From contig NC_057746.1 of the NCBI RefSeq assembly GCF_004010195.1, positions 9,057,631-9,104,674 of the forward strand: DNA of 47,044 nt, read 5' to 3'. Below, piece by piece: positions 10,063 to 22,195 of the stretch. The notes under the pieces were generated by a model that searched no databases, was not told where the DNA came from, and saw only the letters and a program-made list of their open reading frames with translations. How positions within the stretch are numbered: the first letter of the stretch is position 1; the number at the start of each line of letters is the position of its first letter. The translations under genes and the position numbers were made by a program. The DNA is from Chiloscyllium plagiosum. Taxonomy: Eukaryota.

Positions 10063-10375
10063 AGTGGCACGGTGGCTCAGTGGTCAGCACCGCTGCCTCA
10101 CAGCACCAGGGACCCAGGTTCAATTCCACCCTTGGGTGACTGTCTGTGTGGAGTTTGCATGTGCTCCCTATGTCTGTGTGCTTTCCCTCTCGGTGTTCCG
10201 GTTTCCTCCCATAGTCCAACTATGTGCTGTTTAGGTGAATTGGCCAAGCTAAAATCTCCATTGTGTTCAGGAATGTATCGGTCAGGAGGAACAGGTTCAG
10301 GTGGGATACTCTTCAAAGGGGTAGTGTAGACTTGTTGGGCCGGAAGGCCTGTTTCCACACTGTATTAATTCTAAT
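10063..10375 (+). mobile_element. tRNA-derived SINE
   Basis: ggcacggtggctcagtggtcagcac...ggttcaattcc head and family body. Confidence 0.88.
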
Positions 10376-10673
10376 CCTTTAAAAAAAAGGGGGTCCTGTA
10401 ACAGAATGAAACGAATATTCCAAATTAATTCTGTGACTTTTATTACTGAGCTTCTAGTTTGCCATGTGTCTTTTGGAGGTCTATAGTCATGCCTTTCAGA
10501 CTTGGTATATTCCCCCAGTCCATTTTACAATACTTTTGCAGGTGCTCACTGTTCTAACACAGGGGCTGATGCAACCAAATTGTGCACAGCAAGCTCCCGC
10601 AAGAAGGAATTTGCAAGTGACTCAAAATATTCTGTTTCTTTCCAGGTGTTTGTTATGTGGAATGAATTCACCT

Positions 10674-13600
10674 TGTTATGGTCCAGGTCAGACCCCTTCA
10701 AAACATGTCAAGAAGATAGCCCAAGACCCTCACTTTTCTAGCTGTTTGTAGAGTGGATATTCCAGGAGAGATACAGCTGGTCAAATCACTCAGTTTTCAA
10801 TGAAACAGAATTTATTTACAGACTACTGAATGAAGCAAGAAAAAGAAAACAGAATTTAGAATAACAGCTATTTCAGAACCCAACTGACTCGATAACCCCC
10901 AAAACTTAACAAAGAGCTTTTCTTACAACATTTCATAAACACACCCCTTGGCAAAAAGGCAAAATCAAACCCAGGTTCTGACAGGGGAGAGAGAGAGAGA
11001 GAGAGTTTGCAGGAATCATTAGATGAAAAATGGAATCTCTTCTTTTCCCAATATTTCTCGGGGTCCCCAGCTAAAACTCAACCAAGCTAGCGAAATCCCT
11101 GAACTGGGAGAACCGGCCAATTCCCTTGTTTGTACAATTGCTTTTAAAACAAACCAGAAAAGCCTTTTCTCTGATTGTTGCCTGAGGCAGTATCTGTTAG
11201 CCATAATCAAAGTGGCCAAAACCAGACAAAGTGGAACCCCTGCCTTTTACAACCGCTTTTGAGAGAAAAAAAAACAAAAGGACAACATAACCTTGTTAAA
11301 TGAGCAGCATTGTCGCACCATTCCCTTAAAAAAAGACCCATCAATATTCAAAGATGACTTCATTTTAACACCTCTTAATCTTACACTGTTAGTATACTGC
11401 AACACACCTGCATTAAATTGACTACAACCATGCAAACATGCATTACTGCGTTCTAAATCAGTCCATTTACTCCTGCCAACAAATGCCTCCATTTTCATCC
11501 TAGTCTCAAACATTCGTCAGCAATCACATTTTCTTGTCTCACCCCATGTACAATTCTCAAATTGAATGACTGTAATAACAAGCTCCATCTAAGCAGTCTG
11601 GAATTTTTGTCCTTAAATTTCCCCAAAGCCTTCAATGGGTCTCAGACACATTGCTGGCAACATGAATGCTGAAATGTTGTAACGCCAACACCAAGTTCAA
11701 TGTCTCCAGCTCAACTGATGAACATTTCTGCTGATGAGTGTTCAATTTCCTGGAGAAATACCCGATAGGTCTTACTATCTTCTCGTTGTCTTCCTGTAAG
11801 AGCACAGCACAACACCCACATCACTCGCATTGATAGCCACCTTGAATGGCTTTGTATAATTAGTTGTGGCTAACACTGGTGCAGTGGTTAACACTGTTTT
11901 CAGGCTGTCAAATGCCTTCTGATAATTCGCTGTCCACTGCAACTTTCTTGCCTTTCTTTAGTAATTCAGTGAGTGGAACAGCCACACTGCGAAAATTTCC
12001 AATAACATCCAGTCAATCCTCAGAACGGTAGTACTGCTCTGTTTGTCGATGGTATGGAAAACTGCCCAATTACCTGTGTTTTTGCACCCTGTGGGGCCAT
12101 TTGTCCATCTCCAATAACGTGGCTCAGAAAGGTGACTTGGGCTTTGGCAAATTCACTCTTCACTCAACCCTGCTTTCCAAAGTTGATTGAACAATTCTGA
12201 TAAATGTTGCAAATGTGCCTTCCATGTGTGATGAAAACTCACCAGGTCATCTGTATATATATTACAATTGGGTAATCCGGCAATGATGTTATTGGTTAGT
12301 TTCTGAAATGTGACTGGCGCATTTTTCATGTCAAATGGCGTGACTTTAAATTGATACGGTCCATTCGATGTTACGAAAGGCAAAATTGTCTTTACTGTTT
12401 CGGACAAAGGTATCTGCCAGTATCCTCTTAGTAAGTCCAACTTAGAAATATATGTTGCTTGTCCCCCCTTTTCTCCAGTCTTCCAAATTTGGAATCAAGT
12501 ATAAATCAGTTTTTGTAACCACATCGATTTTGCGATGGTCCACACATAATCTGGGTACCATCTGGTTTTGGCATCATTATTTTGGGTGAGCTCCAGTCAC
12601 TGCAACTTACTTTGATTATGTCGTCTTGGAGCGTGCATTCAATCTCCTTTTGAACCTGTGCCAACTTTAGAGGGTTAAGCCTATAAGGATGTTGCTTAAT
12701 TGGAACAGCATCTTCTACATCTACATCATGCATAATTCAGTCAGTACTTCCCAGCTTGTTGCCACATATATCCCCATGCAATAGCAATAACTCTTTCAGG
12801 TCATTTCAATTTTCCTCTGGAAGATAATTCAATAATTCCATCACAATTTTTGACAACTTCCTCATTGTCCAATTTAATTTGAAGAATGTCCAATTCAGAA
12901 TCCTCTGGACTTGGTTCTTCCCGCTGTGTTGTAACCAGCAACATCTTCTCCTTTTGCTGTCCTTCCCTGTCAAAGTACCTTTTGAGTATATTCACACAAC
13001 AGCCTCCTTATCAAGTCGTTTACCTCACTGAATCTCTATTCAACTTGATAAGATCCACTCAACCTTGGTTTTAAATGTTCACCTATTACTGAGGATAGCA
13101 TGGTGGCTCAGTGGTTAGCACTGCTGCTGCTTCAGAGTACTAGGGGCCTGTGTTCGATTCCTGTCTCGGACAACTATCTGTGTGGAGTTTGCACATTCTC
13201 CCCATGTCTATGTGGATTTTCTCCGGGTGCTCCGGTTTCCTCCCACAGTCCAAAAGATGTGCAGGTCAGGTGAATTGACCATGCTAAATTGCCCATAGTG
13301 TTAGGTGCATTCGTCAGGGGTAAATACAGGTTAGAGGAATGGGTTACTCTTTGGAGAGTCAGTGTGGACTTGTTGGGCTGAAGGGTCTGTTTCCGTACTG
13401 TAGGGAATCTAATCTAATACCAAAACTTGAAGTAACACTTTATCTCTGATAGCAAAATTGCGAGTTTTGATTTCTTGTCTGCTTCCTGTTTCCTTGTATG
13501 CTGTGATATTTCTAAATACCATCGAGCCAACTCCCCCACTCTATTTATTCATTCCCTAAAATCTGACAGATAGTCCAAATACGTGGTCTCTGAATTCTGA

Positions 13601-15965
13601 TTCACTAATTTCTCTTTAATCAATTCTAGTGGTCCTCTCACTTCATGCCCCAAAACTAATTCAAATGGATCAATTCAGTTGGTGATTGTAATAAGTACAA
13701 ATGGAATTCCTTTATCCCAACCATTGGAACAGTTTTGACTGTCAGCCTGACTGTATGTCTGATACCATTTTTCTAGCACTCCCTGCATGCTATCTGGGAG
13801 ATTCAAATTGTTTTATGCCTAGGTTGTCCATAACCTCCTTGAATAATTTTGATGTAAAATTTGACTCTTCATCTAATTGTATTTCTGTGGATAGTCCTTA
13901 TCTAGTGAAAGATTTGAGCAACTTCTCTCCAATCCTTCAAGCTGATGATATTGTGTAATGGAATGGCCTCTGGAAATCTAGTGGATACATCCATTATTGT
14001 TAACAATACCGATTCCCACTTTATGTTTAGGTAGAGGACCTACGCAATCAATTAAGACCCTTATAAAAGGTTCCTCAAATGCAGGGATAGCTATTAAAAG
14101 TTCTGGTTTTATTCCTGCCTGTATTTTTCCAGTTATCTGACATGTTTGACATATCTGGCAAAATTCAACGACATCCTTGTGCCGTCCAGGTCAGTAAACA
14201 TGTTTTTGTATTTTAGCTTGAGTTTTCCTTACCCCGCGATGACCTTCCACTGGTAGTTTATGTGCTGTCTGCAACACCTCCTTTCTATAACCCTACTGAC
14301 AATACTACTTGATAAACTGCTGCCTCTTTCTCATCTGCCTGAATGGTCTCTATTCCCTCATTACGACATCATTTTAAAGATAATAGCAGTCAGGGATATA
14401 CCTAGATTCTTCTTCCATGTTTGCCTTTTGATACAATTACTCTAGTTTCTCCCCTTTCTGTTGTAATTCAGTTAATTTTTCTGAGCTAAAGATGTCCACT
14501 TTGTCATCCATTGGCTCCTGTTTTGTCTCAACCATTTGATCTAACAGGGTCTCTGCCAATTCCACTTCTACTTCCTTATCTGTACTCTTTGATCTCTCCT
14601 GTTTCAACTGGTGACTTTGTGACCTCATTACCACACAGTCAGAATATGCTTCCTCTAATACCTCAGTTGTCTGCTTTTTTCCACTGGCATTTCAACCACA
14701 GTAGGCAGCACTCCTAGCTGTGAACCAGCTACATCATTAGCAAAGACAAATTGTATTCCTGGAGCTGAGAGTTTCTCCAGTACTCTTACCACGACTTCTC
14801 CACTCTGCACTGGATACTTGAACCTCATTTGCATAATTGAGCACTTCCTGTTCCACCATGAATTCCACTTAGTAGCACTTTTTCCGGTGATAGTCCTTCA
14901 GAGGTACGCATCTCCACATCTCTCAACATCAAAAGTTGAGAAGATCCTGTGTCGCTTAACATTGTAACTTTATGACCTGCAGCTCCTGGCCTATGTGAGT
15001 AAAGTTTACATTCACAAGTATATGGTTTAGGAAGATCTTGCACTTCCTCCTTAGCTAACCTCTGACCCGGTTGTACATTCTGATGCAGTTGTCCAGCCTC
15101 CACTGTCTTTCCATTACCACTCCAACAAAATTCACTGGCTTATCCTGTTTTCCTAGCACTGTTCATACCCTACCAACACTGTGATTTCATGTAACCTACT
15201 TTATTGCAGTGAAAACACCAGAGCTTTTTAACTTCTCCGTCCCCTTCAAGGGCTTCTTTTTTACCCTATGGTTAATTATCCCTATGATCTTCACCGAGCT
15301 CTGCTTTTCCCTTTCCACATGAGGATTTCTGTTTTCTGAAGTTTCTATCACTCATGCATTGAAATTAAGATTGGAAGCCAAACTTTGATTTATGGACCAA
15401 CTCATAATCATTAGCCATTTCAGCCACTAATTGTGCCGTTTCAACTCTCTACTCTTCCTCATGAGTTCACACTACCTCAGGAACTGAAATTTTGAACTAC
15501 TTCAAAATAATTATCTCTCGAACAGTGTCATATGTTTGCTCTATTTTTAATGCCCTTTTCCGCCTGTTAAAATTACTTTGATCCTTTGAAACTCAATGTA
15601 GATTTGACCAGGGTTCCTCCTCAGATTCCTGAAATGTTGTCTGCAGGCTTCTGGCACAAGCTCCTGTGCACTTACAATGGTGACCTTCACCTCCTCATAC
15701 ACCCCAGGTACCTACTCTGATAGTGATGCAAGTACCTCATTAGCTCTACCTACAACAAAACCCACATAGTCACTGGCCATTTCATTTGTTTAGCCACTTC
15801 CTCAAATGAGATGAAAAAGACTTCTATATCCTTCTCATCAAATTTATGCAATGCTTGGATATATTTAAACAGATTTCCCACCAGGCCTTCGGCCATGGTG
15901 GGCTTGCTCATCCTCACTCACTTCCTCACTAAGCTTACCATCTCCCTTCATCTCCACCCTTCAAA
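10674..15965 (-). mobile_element. Degenerate Gmr1-clade Gypsy LTR retrotransposon (3' LTR 10674-11317; 5' LTR missing)
   Basis: Minus-strand order: SCAN-like gag (PEACRQHFRNL...EIIIL, about 15400-15700), zinc knuckle CFHCNKVGY (about 15200), protease DTGS (about 14950), integrase (GVRKT...CQTCQ, IDCVGPLP; about 13500-14260), RT (PIKQHPYR, DLLRGYWQ, YTDDL; about 12100-12730), RNase H (about 11600-11870). Purine-rich tract next to the TG...CA LTR. Many stops and frameshifts. Confidence 0.85.
13093..13418 (+). mobile_element. tRNA-derived SINE inserted into the LTR element
   Basis: Same head and aatctaatctaat tail as the 2876 copy. Confidence 0.9.
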
Positions 15966-15969
15966 GCCA

Positions 15970-16840
15970 GCACTCTCTCAGTACTGACCCTCTGACAGTG
16001 TGGCACTCCCTCAGTACTGATCCTTTGACAGTGCGGCACTCCCTCAGTACTGAACCTCTGACAGTGCGGCATTCCCCAGTACTGACCCTCTGACAGTGTA
16101 GCATGCCCTAAGTACTGGCCCTCTGACAGTGCGGCACTCCCTCAGTACTGAACCTCTGACAGTGCGCACTCCCTCAGTACTGACCTTCTGACAGTGCGGC
16201 ATTCCCCAGTACTGACCCTCTGACAGTGCAGCATGCCCTAAGCACTGGCCCTCTGACAGTACGAGAATCCCTCAGTACTGACCCTGTGACAGTGTGCCAA
16301 TCCCTCAGTACTGACTCTCTAACGGTGCGGCTCTCCCTCCATACAGACCTTCTGACTGTGCAGCACTCCCTCAGTACTGACCCTCTGACAGTGCGGCACT
16401 CCCTCGGTACTGACCCTCTGACAGTGCAGCACTCCTTCAGTACTGACGATGTGACAGTGCGGCATTCCCTCAGTACTGACCCACTGACATTACCACACTC
16501 CCTCAGTGCTGACCCTCTGACAGTATGGCATTCCCTCAGTACTGACCATCTAGCAGTGTGGCACTCCCTCAGTATTGACCCTCACACTGGGTGTTTTCCT
16601 CAGCTGAGCTGAATTGTTACCATTCAGGAGTTACTTAAAATGATTGCTGTCACCCTCTGACAGTGCGGCACTCCCTCAGTACTGACTCTCTGATGGTGTA
16701 GCACTCCCTCAGTACTGACCCATTGACAGTTTCACCACTCCCTCAGTACTGACCCTCTGACAGTGCTGCACTCCCTCAGTACTGACTCTCTGACAGTGCG
16801 GTGTCCCTCAGTACTGACCCTCTGACAGTGCAGCACTACC
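15970..16840. repeat. 33-bp tandem satellite (two blocks, about 15970-16590 and 16652-16840)
   Basis: Unit cactccctcagtactgaccctctgacagtgcgg; gives the 11-aa periodic ORF STDPLTVRHSL. Confidence 0.95.
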
Positions 16841-17039
16841 TCTGTACAGATCTCTGTACAGATGTTGCCAGACCTGGTGTACCTCTCCGGTACACTCAAT
16901 GATTGTTTGAGATTTCCCGAGTCCACCATTCCTGGTGTTCGTTATTACATTATTACACACTTCTCGAGCAGCTGGAGCTTGAACCTGGGCCTCCTGGTTA
17001 AATGATTCACACTACCGCTGCACCACTGGGCTCTCTTAG

Positions 17040-18275
17040 TTCCTCAGGATAGAATCCTAGACTTAACCATCTTCAGCTGCTTCATTAATGGCCGTCCCCC
17101 CCATCCTCCGGTCAGAGGTGGGGATGTTTGCTGATGGTTGTACAATGTTCAGCACCATTCGTGACTCCTGAGATACTGAAGTCAGCTCATGTCCATATCC
17201 AGCAAGACATGGAAAATGTTCAGGTTTGGCCTGACAAGCGACAAGTAGCATCCAGGTCACGCACATGTCAGGCTATGACCATCTCTCACAAGATGGAATC
17301 AAACCATCGTCCCTTGATGTTCAATGGCACAATCATCACTGAATCTCCCACTATCAACCTCCTTGGTGGGCTATGGTTGACCAGAAATGGAACTGGAATA
17401 ACCATATAAACACTGTGGCTACAAAAACAATTCAGAGGCTTGGAATCTAACTGCAAGTAACTCATCTCCTGAGTGCCAGCGCCTGTTCACCAGCTACAAA
17501 GCACTGGAATATGCCAGAATATTCCTCAGTTTCCTGGATGAGTGCAGCTCCAACAAGCATGACATTATCATGGACAAATCAGCCTACTTGATGAATACCA
17601 CACCCACTCTTTCCATCCCCAAAGCTCAGTATCTGGAGGGTGTCAATACCCTCCAGCTGTGTAGAGTTTGTGACTGACACATGTCTCTGCATGTTTGTTT
17701 CCAGGACTGCAATGCCGCTTTCCTCTGGCTGGAGAAGTTTGACACAAGTCGCTCTTCTGCAGGGCTCTGCACTGTTCAACCCTTTCAGCTGCTCAAGAAA
17801 CTTGTACAGAGCTACACCTGGACCTCCTTCAGAGCTCCACTGCCTGCTCCTACATGGTAGTATGAAGTGATACCCTCTGCTTTTGTTGCACAATAGATGT
17901 TGCTCTAATGAGGGAGAACTCGAGGTTAGGTCTCACTCTTTCAATGTCTCATCCAAAAGACGAACTGCAGAAATTCACCAAAGATCCTGAGACAGCGTAT
18001 TCTCAACTCATGGCCATTCCCGTTTAGAAGGGCAAGGACGGTAGATCCACCTGCTGATCCCCCTCCAAGCCTTCACCATCCTGATTTGGAAATATATCAC
18101 TATTCCTTCAGTGATGTGGAATTCCCTCACTAATAGCATCGTGAATCTACCTACAGCACATGGACTGCAATGGTTCAAGAAGTCAACACTCAACTACCTT
18201 TGTCAGGGCAAACTAGAGATGGATAGTAAATGGGGGCCCGGCCAATGATGCCCACATCTGAACAAGGAATAAAGG
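17040..18275 (+). mobile_element. Degenerate CR1/L2-group LINE RT and 3' end, interrupted at about 17640-17960
   Basis: PQxxILxxTIFSCFIN...SEVGMFADGCTMF (FADD-like) and a WNSL 3' region. Confidence 0.7.
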
Positions 18276-18650
18276 AAAGAACTCAATGGCCACTGTCAGG
18301 CGCTCACAAGGCAAAGGTATGGAAACCCTCTGCTCAATTTAAACTGAAGTAGCAGGTTCAGGCAGGTCAGAAACTCAGGATTAAAGGGATAATTTAGTAG
18401 CTTAAGCAGATGAAGGCTAATGGGAGAAGAGACATGGATCATTACTGAGGCTGCAGAAAAGCCATGAGATCCATTCCCTAAAACTGCAATAAGGTCAGGA
18501 AGAATTTGTTAAACTGTAGAGAGCAGGATTCATCCAGGAAAAGAACCCTAAGCCAACAGCATAACAGACAGCGCCAATCAGCTATTCCAGAGCTGTTCAA
18601 TGAGAGTTGTCTTATCGAACTGCAAACACGGGGCTTCATTGAGTAAAGAT

Positions 18651-19280
18651 TTTTTTTAAATTTCAAAATTGTACTTTAATCATAAAAAAAATCTTTGTAT
18701 ATATACGTTGTCACCGATGCAGTTTTGTTCTGGACAGTATCATGTCAAGTAAACAAACCAACTTTGGAGTTTGACTTTATCCCAAGAAACCAAAAGCATT
18801 TCTTACACATGCAAGATCATATTTACATACACTGAGACACGAGGAGGGTCCAATAACTGAATGAACCCACAATTAAGTTCAATTAGGAAGACCTCAGGCA
18901 GTGGTCTTTCCCAATTGAGCCCTGCCCCAAGCTCACTGACTAAGATATTTTTTATTTCAAAAGTATACTTTATCCCAAAAGATCACTTTGCATATATACA
19001 CATTATCTGAAAAGCATTTCAGTTCTGTACATTTGCATATCAAATAAATAAACAAAACAGTGGATTTTGATTTTAACCAAAAAGCCAAAGCCCTCTCTTA
19101 CATGTACAATACTTTTATTGACATATATTTGAGGCACTGGGGGGTGGGTCCGATAACCGAACAGGACTCCCATTTACCTTCAACAGGAAGACCTCAGACA
19201 ATGATCTTTCCCAACTGTGCTTTGACAGCAAATGCCCAACGTTTAGTGTGTCCCTCCACAGGTAGACCTGGAACTTGGAA
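18651..19280 (-). mobile_element. Two head-to-tail 3' ends of an L1/Tx1-like LINE (about 18651-18932 and 18948-19280)
   Basis: Two mutually similar segments, each beginning with a T-tract (minus-strand polyA). The minus strand encodes SKFQVYLWRDTL and AVKAQLGKIIV*, resembling a Tx1-like ORF2 C-terminus. Confidence 0.7.
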
Positions 19281-22195
19281 GTCTGCAACACTCGGTCTGC
19301 AACACAAGTGCCAGTCTGCAACAGTCAGTCTGCTACACAAGTGCCAGTTTGCAATATTTGGTNNNNNNNNNNNNNNNNNNNNNNNNNNNNNACACAAGTG
19401 CCAGTCTGTAATACTCGGTCTGCTACATAAGTGCCAGTCTGCAACACTCGGTCTGCTACACAAGTACCAGTCTACAACAGTCAGTCTGTAACACAAGTGT
19501 CAGCCTGCAACAGTCAGTCTGCTACACAAGTGTCAGTCTGTGACAGTCAGTCTGTAACACAAGTGCCAGTCTGCAACAGTCAGTCTGCAACACAAGTACC
19601 AGTCTACAACAGTCAGTCTGTAACACAAGTGCCAGTCTGCAACACTCGGTCTGCTACATAAGTGCCAGTCTGCAACAGTCAGTCTGCAACACAAGTGCCA
19701 GTCTGCAACAGTCAGTCTGCTACACAAGTGTCAGTCTGCAACACTCGGTCAGCAACACAAGTGCCAGTCTGCAACAGTCAGTCTGTAAAACAAGTGCCAT
19801 TCTGTAATACTCGGTCTACTACAAAAGTGCCAGTCTGCAACAGTCAGTCTGCAACACAAGTGCCAGTCTGCAACAGTCAGTCTGCAACACAAGTGCCAGT
19901 CTGCAACAGTCAGTCTGCTACACAAGTGCCAGTCTGCAACAGTCAGTCTGTAACACAAGTGCCATTCTGTAATACTCGGTCTACTACACAAGTGCCAGTC
20001 TGGAACAGTCAGTCTGTAACACACGTGCCAGTCTGCAACAGTCAGTCTGCTACACAAGTGCCAGTCTGGAACAGTCAGTCTGTAACACACGTGCCAGTCT
20101 GCAACAGTCAGTCTGCTACACAAGTACCAGTCTACAACAGTCAGTCTGCAACAGTCAGTCTGCAACACAAGTACCTGTCTGCAACAGTCAGTCTGTAACA
20201 CAAGTGCCAATCTACAACACTCGGTCTGCAACGCATGTGCCAGTCTACAACAGTCAGTCTGCAACACAAGTACCAGTCTGCAACAGTCAGTCTGTAACAC
20301 AAGTGCCAGTCTGCAACAGTCAGTCTGTAACACAAGTGCCAGTCTGCAACAGTCAGTCTGAAACACAAGTGCCAGTCTGCAACACTCGTTCAGCAACACA
20401 AGTGTCAGTCTGCAACAGTCAGTCTGTAACTCAAGTGCCAGTCTGTAATACTCGGTCTGCAACGCATGTGCCAGTCTGCAACAGTCAGTTTGTAACACAA
20501 GTGCCAGTCTGCAACACTCGGTCTGCAACGCATGTGCCAGTCTACAACAGTCAGTCTGTAACACAAGTACCAGTCTGCAACAGACAGTCTGTAACACAAG
20601 TGCCAGTCTGCAACAGGCTGTCTGTAACACACGTGCCAGTCTGCAACAGTCAGTCTGTAACACACGTGCTAGTCTGCAACAGTCAGTCTGTAACACAAGT
20701 GCAGTCTGTAATACTCTGTCTGCAACGCATGTGCCAGTCTACAACAGTCAGTCTGTAACACAAGTGACAGTCTGCAACAGTCAGTCTGTGACACAAGTGC
20801 CAGTCTGCAACAGTCAGTCTGTAACACAAGTGCCAGTCTCTAATACTCAGTCTGCAACACATGTGCCAGTCTGCAACAGTCAGTCTGCAACACAAGAGCC
20901 AGTCTGCAACAGTCAGTCTGTAACACAAGTGCCAGACTGTAATACTCAGTCTGCAACACATGTGCCAGTCTGCAACAGTCAGTCTGCAACACAAGAGCCA
21001 GTCTGCAACAGTCAGTCTGTAACACAAGTGCCAGTCTGCAACAGTCAATCTGCTACACAAATGCCAGTCTGCAACACTCAGTCTGCTACACAAGTGCCAG
21101 TCTGCAACAGTCAGTCTGTAACACAAGTGCCAGTCTGCAACAGTCTGTCTGCAACACAAGTGCCAGTCTGCAACACTTGGTCTGCAACACAAGTGCCAGT
21201 CTACAACAGTCAGTTTGCTACAAAAGTGCCAGTCTGCAACAGTCAGTCTGTGACACAAGTGCCATTCTGTAATAGTCAGTCTGTAACACAAGTGCCAGTC
21301 TGCAACAGTCTGTCTGCAACACAAGTGCCAGTCTGTAACAGTCTGTCTGCAACACAAGTGCCAGTCTGGAACAGTCAGTCTGTAACACACGTGCCAGTCT
21401 GCAACAGTCAGTCTGCTACACAAGTGCCAGTCTGCAACAGTTAGTCTGCTACAAAAGTGCCAGTCTGCAACAGTTAGTCTGCAACACAAGTGCCAGTCTG
21501 CAACAGTCAGTCTGTGACACAAGTGCCATTCTGTAATACTCGGTCTACTACAAAAGTGCCAGTCTGCAAAACTCAGTCTGTAACACAAGTGCCAGTCTAC
21601 AACAGTCAGTCTGCTACACAAGTGACAGTCTACAACAGTCAGTCTGCAACACAAGTGTCAGTCTGTAACAGTCAGTCTGCTACACAAGTGCCAGTCTGCA
21701 ACACTCGGTCTGCAACACAAGTGCCAGTCTGTAACACTCGGTCTGCAACACATGTGCCAGTCTACAACAGTCAGTCTGCTACACAAGTGCCAGTCTGCAA
21801 CAGTCAGTCTGCAACACAAGTGCCAGTCTGTAATACTCAGTCTACTACAAAAGTGCCAGTCTGCAACACTCAGTCTGCAACACAAGTGCCAGTCTGTAAC
21901 ACTTGGTCTGCTACACAAGTGCCAGTCTGCAACAGTCAGTCTGTAACACAAGTGCCAGTCTGCAACAGTCAATCTGCTACACAAGTGCCAGTCTGCAACA
22001 GTCAGTCTGTAACACAAGTGCCAGTCTGCAACACTTGGTCTGCTACACAAGTGCCAGTCTGCAACAGTCAGTCTGTAACACAAGTGCCAGTCTGCAACAG
22101 TCTGTCTGTAACACAAGTGCCAGTCTGCAACAGTCAGTCTGCTACACAAGTGCCAGTCTGCAACACTCGGTCTGTAACACAGGTGCCAGTCTGCA
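19281..22195. repeat. 33-bp tandem satellite, about 2.9 kb (roughly 88 units by length; contains a 29-N gap)
   Basis: Unit acacaagtgccagtctgcaacagtcagtctg(ct/ta/ca) with variant ...gcaacactcggtctg. Confidence 0.97.

Noticed and set aside
15970-22195. CRISPR-like appearance of the 33-bp arrays
   Set aside because: Units are contiguous with no unique spacers, there are no cas genes, and the context is eukaryotic.
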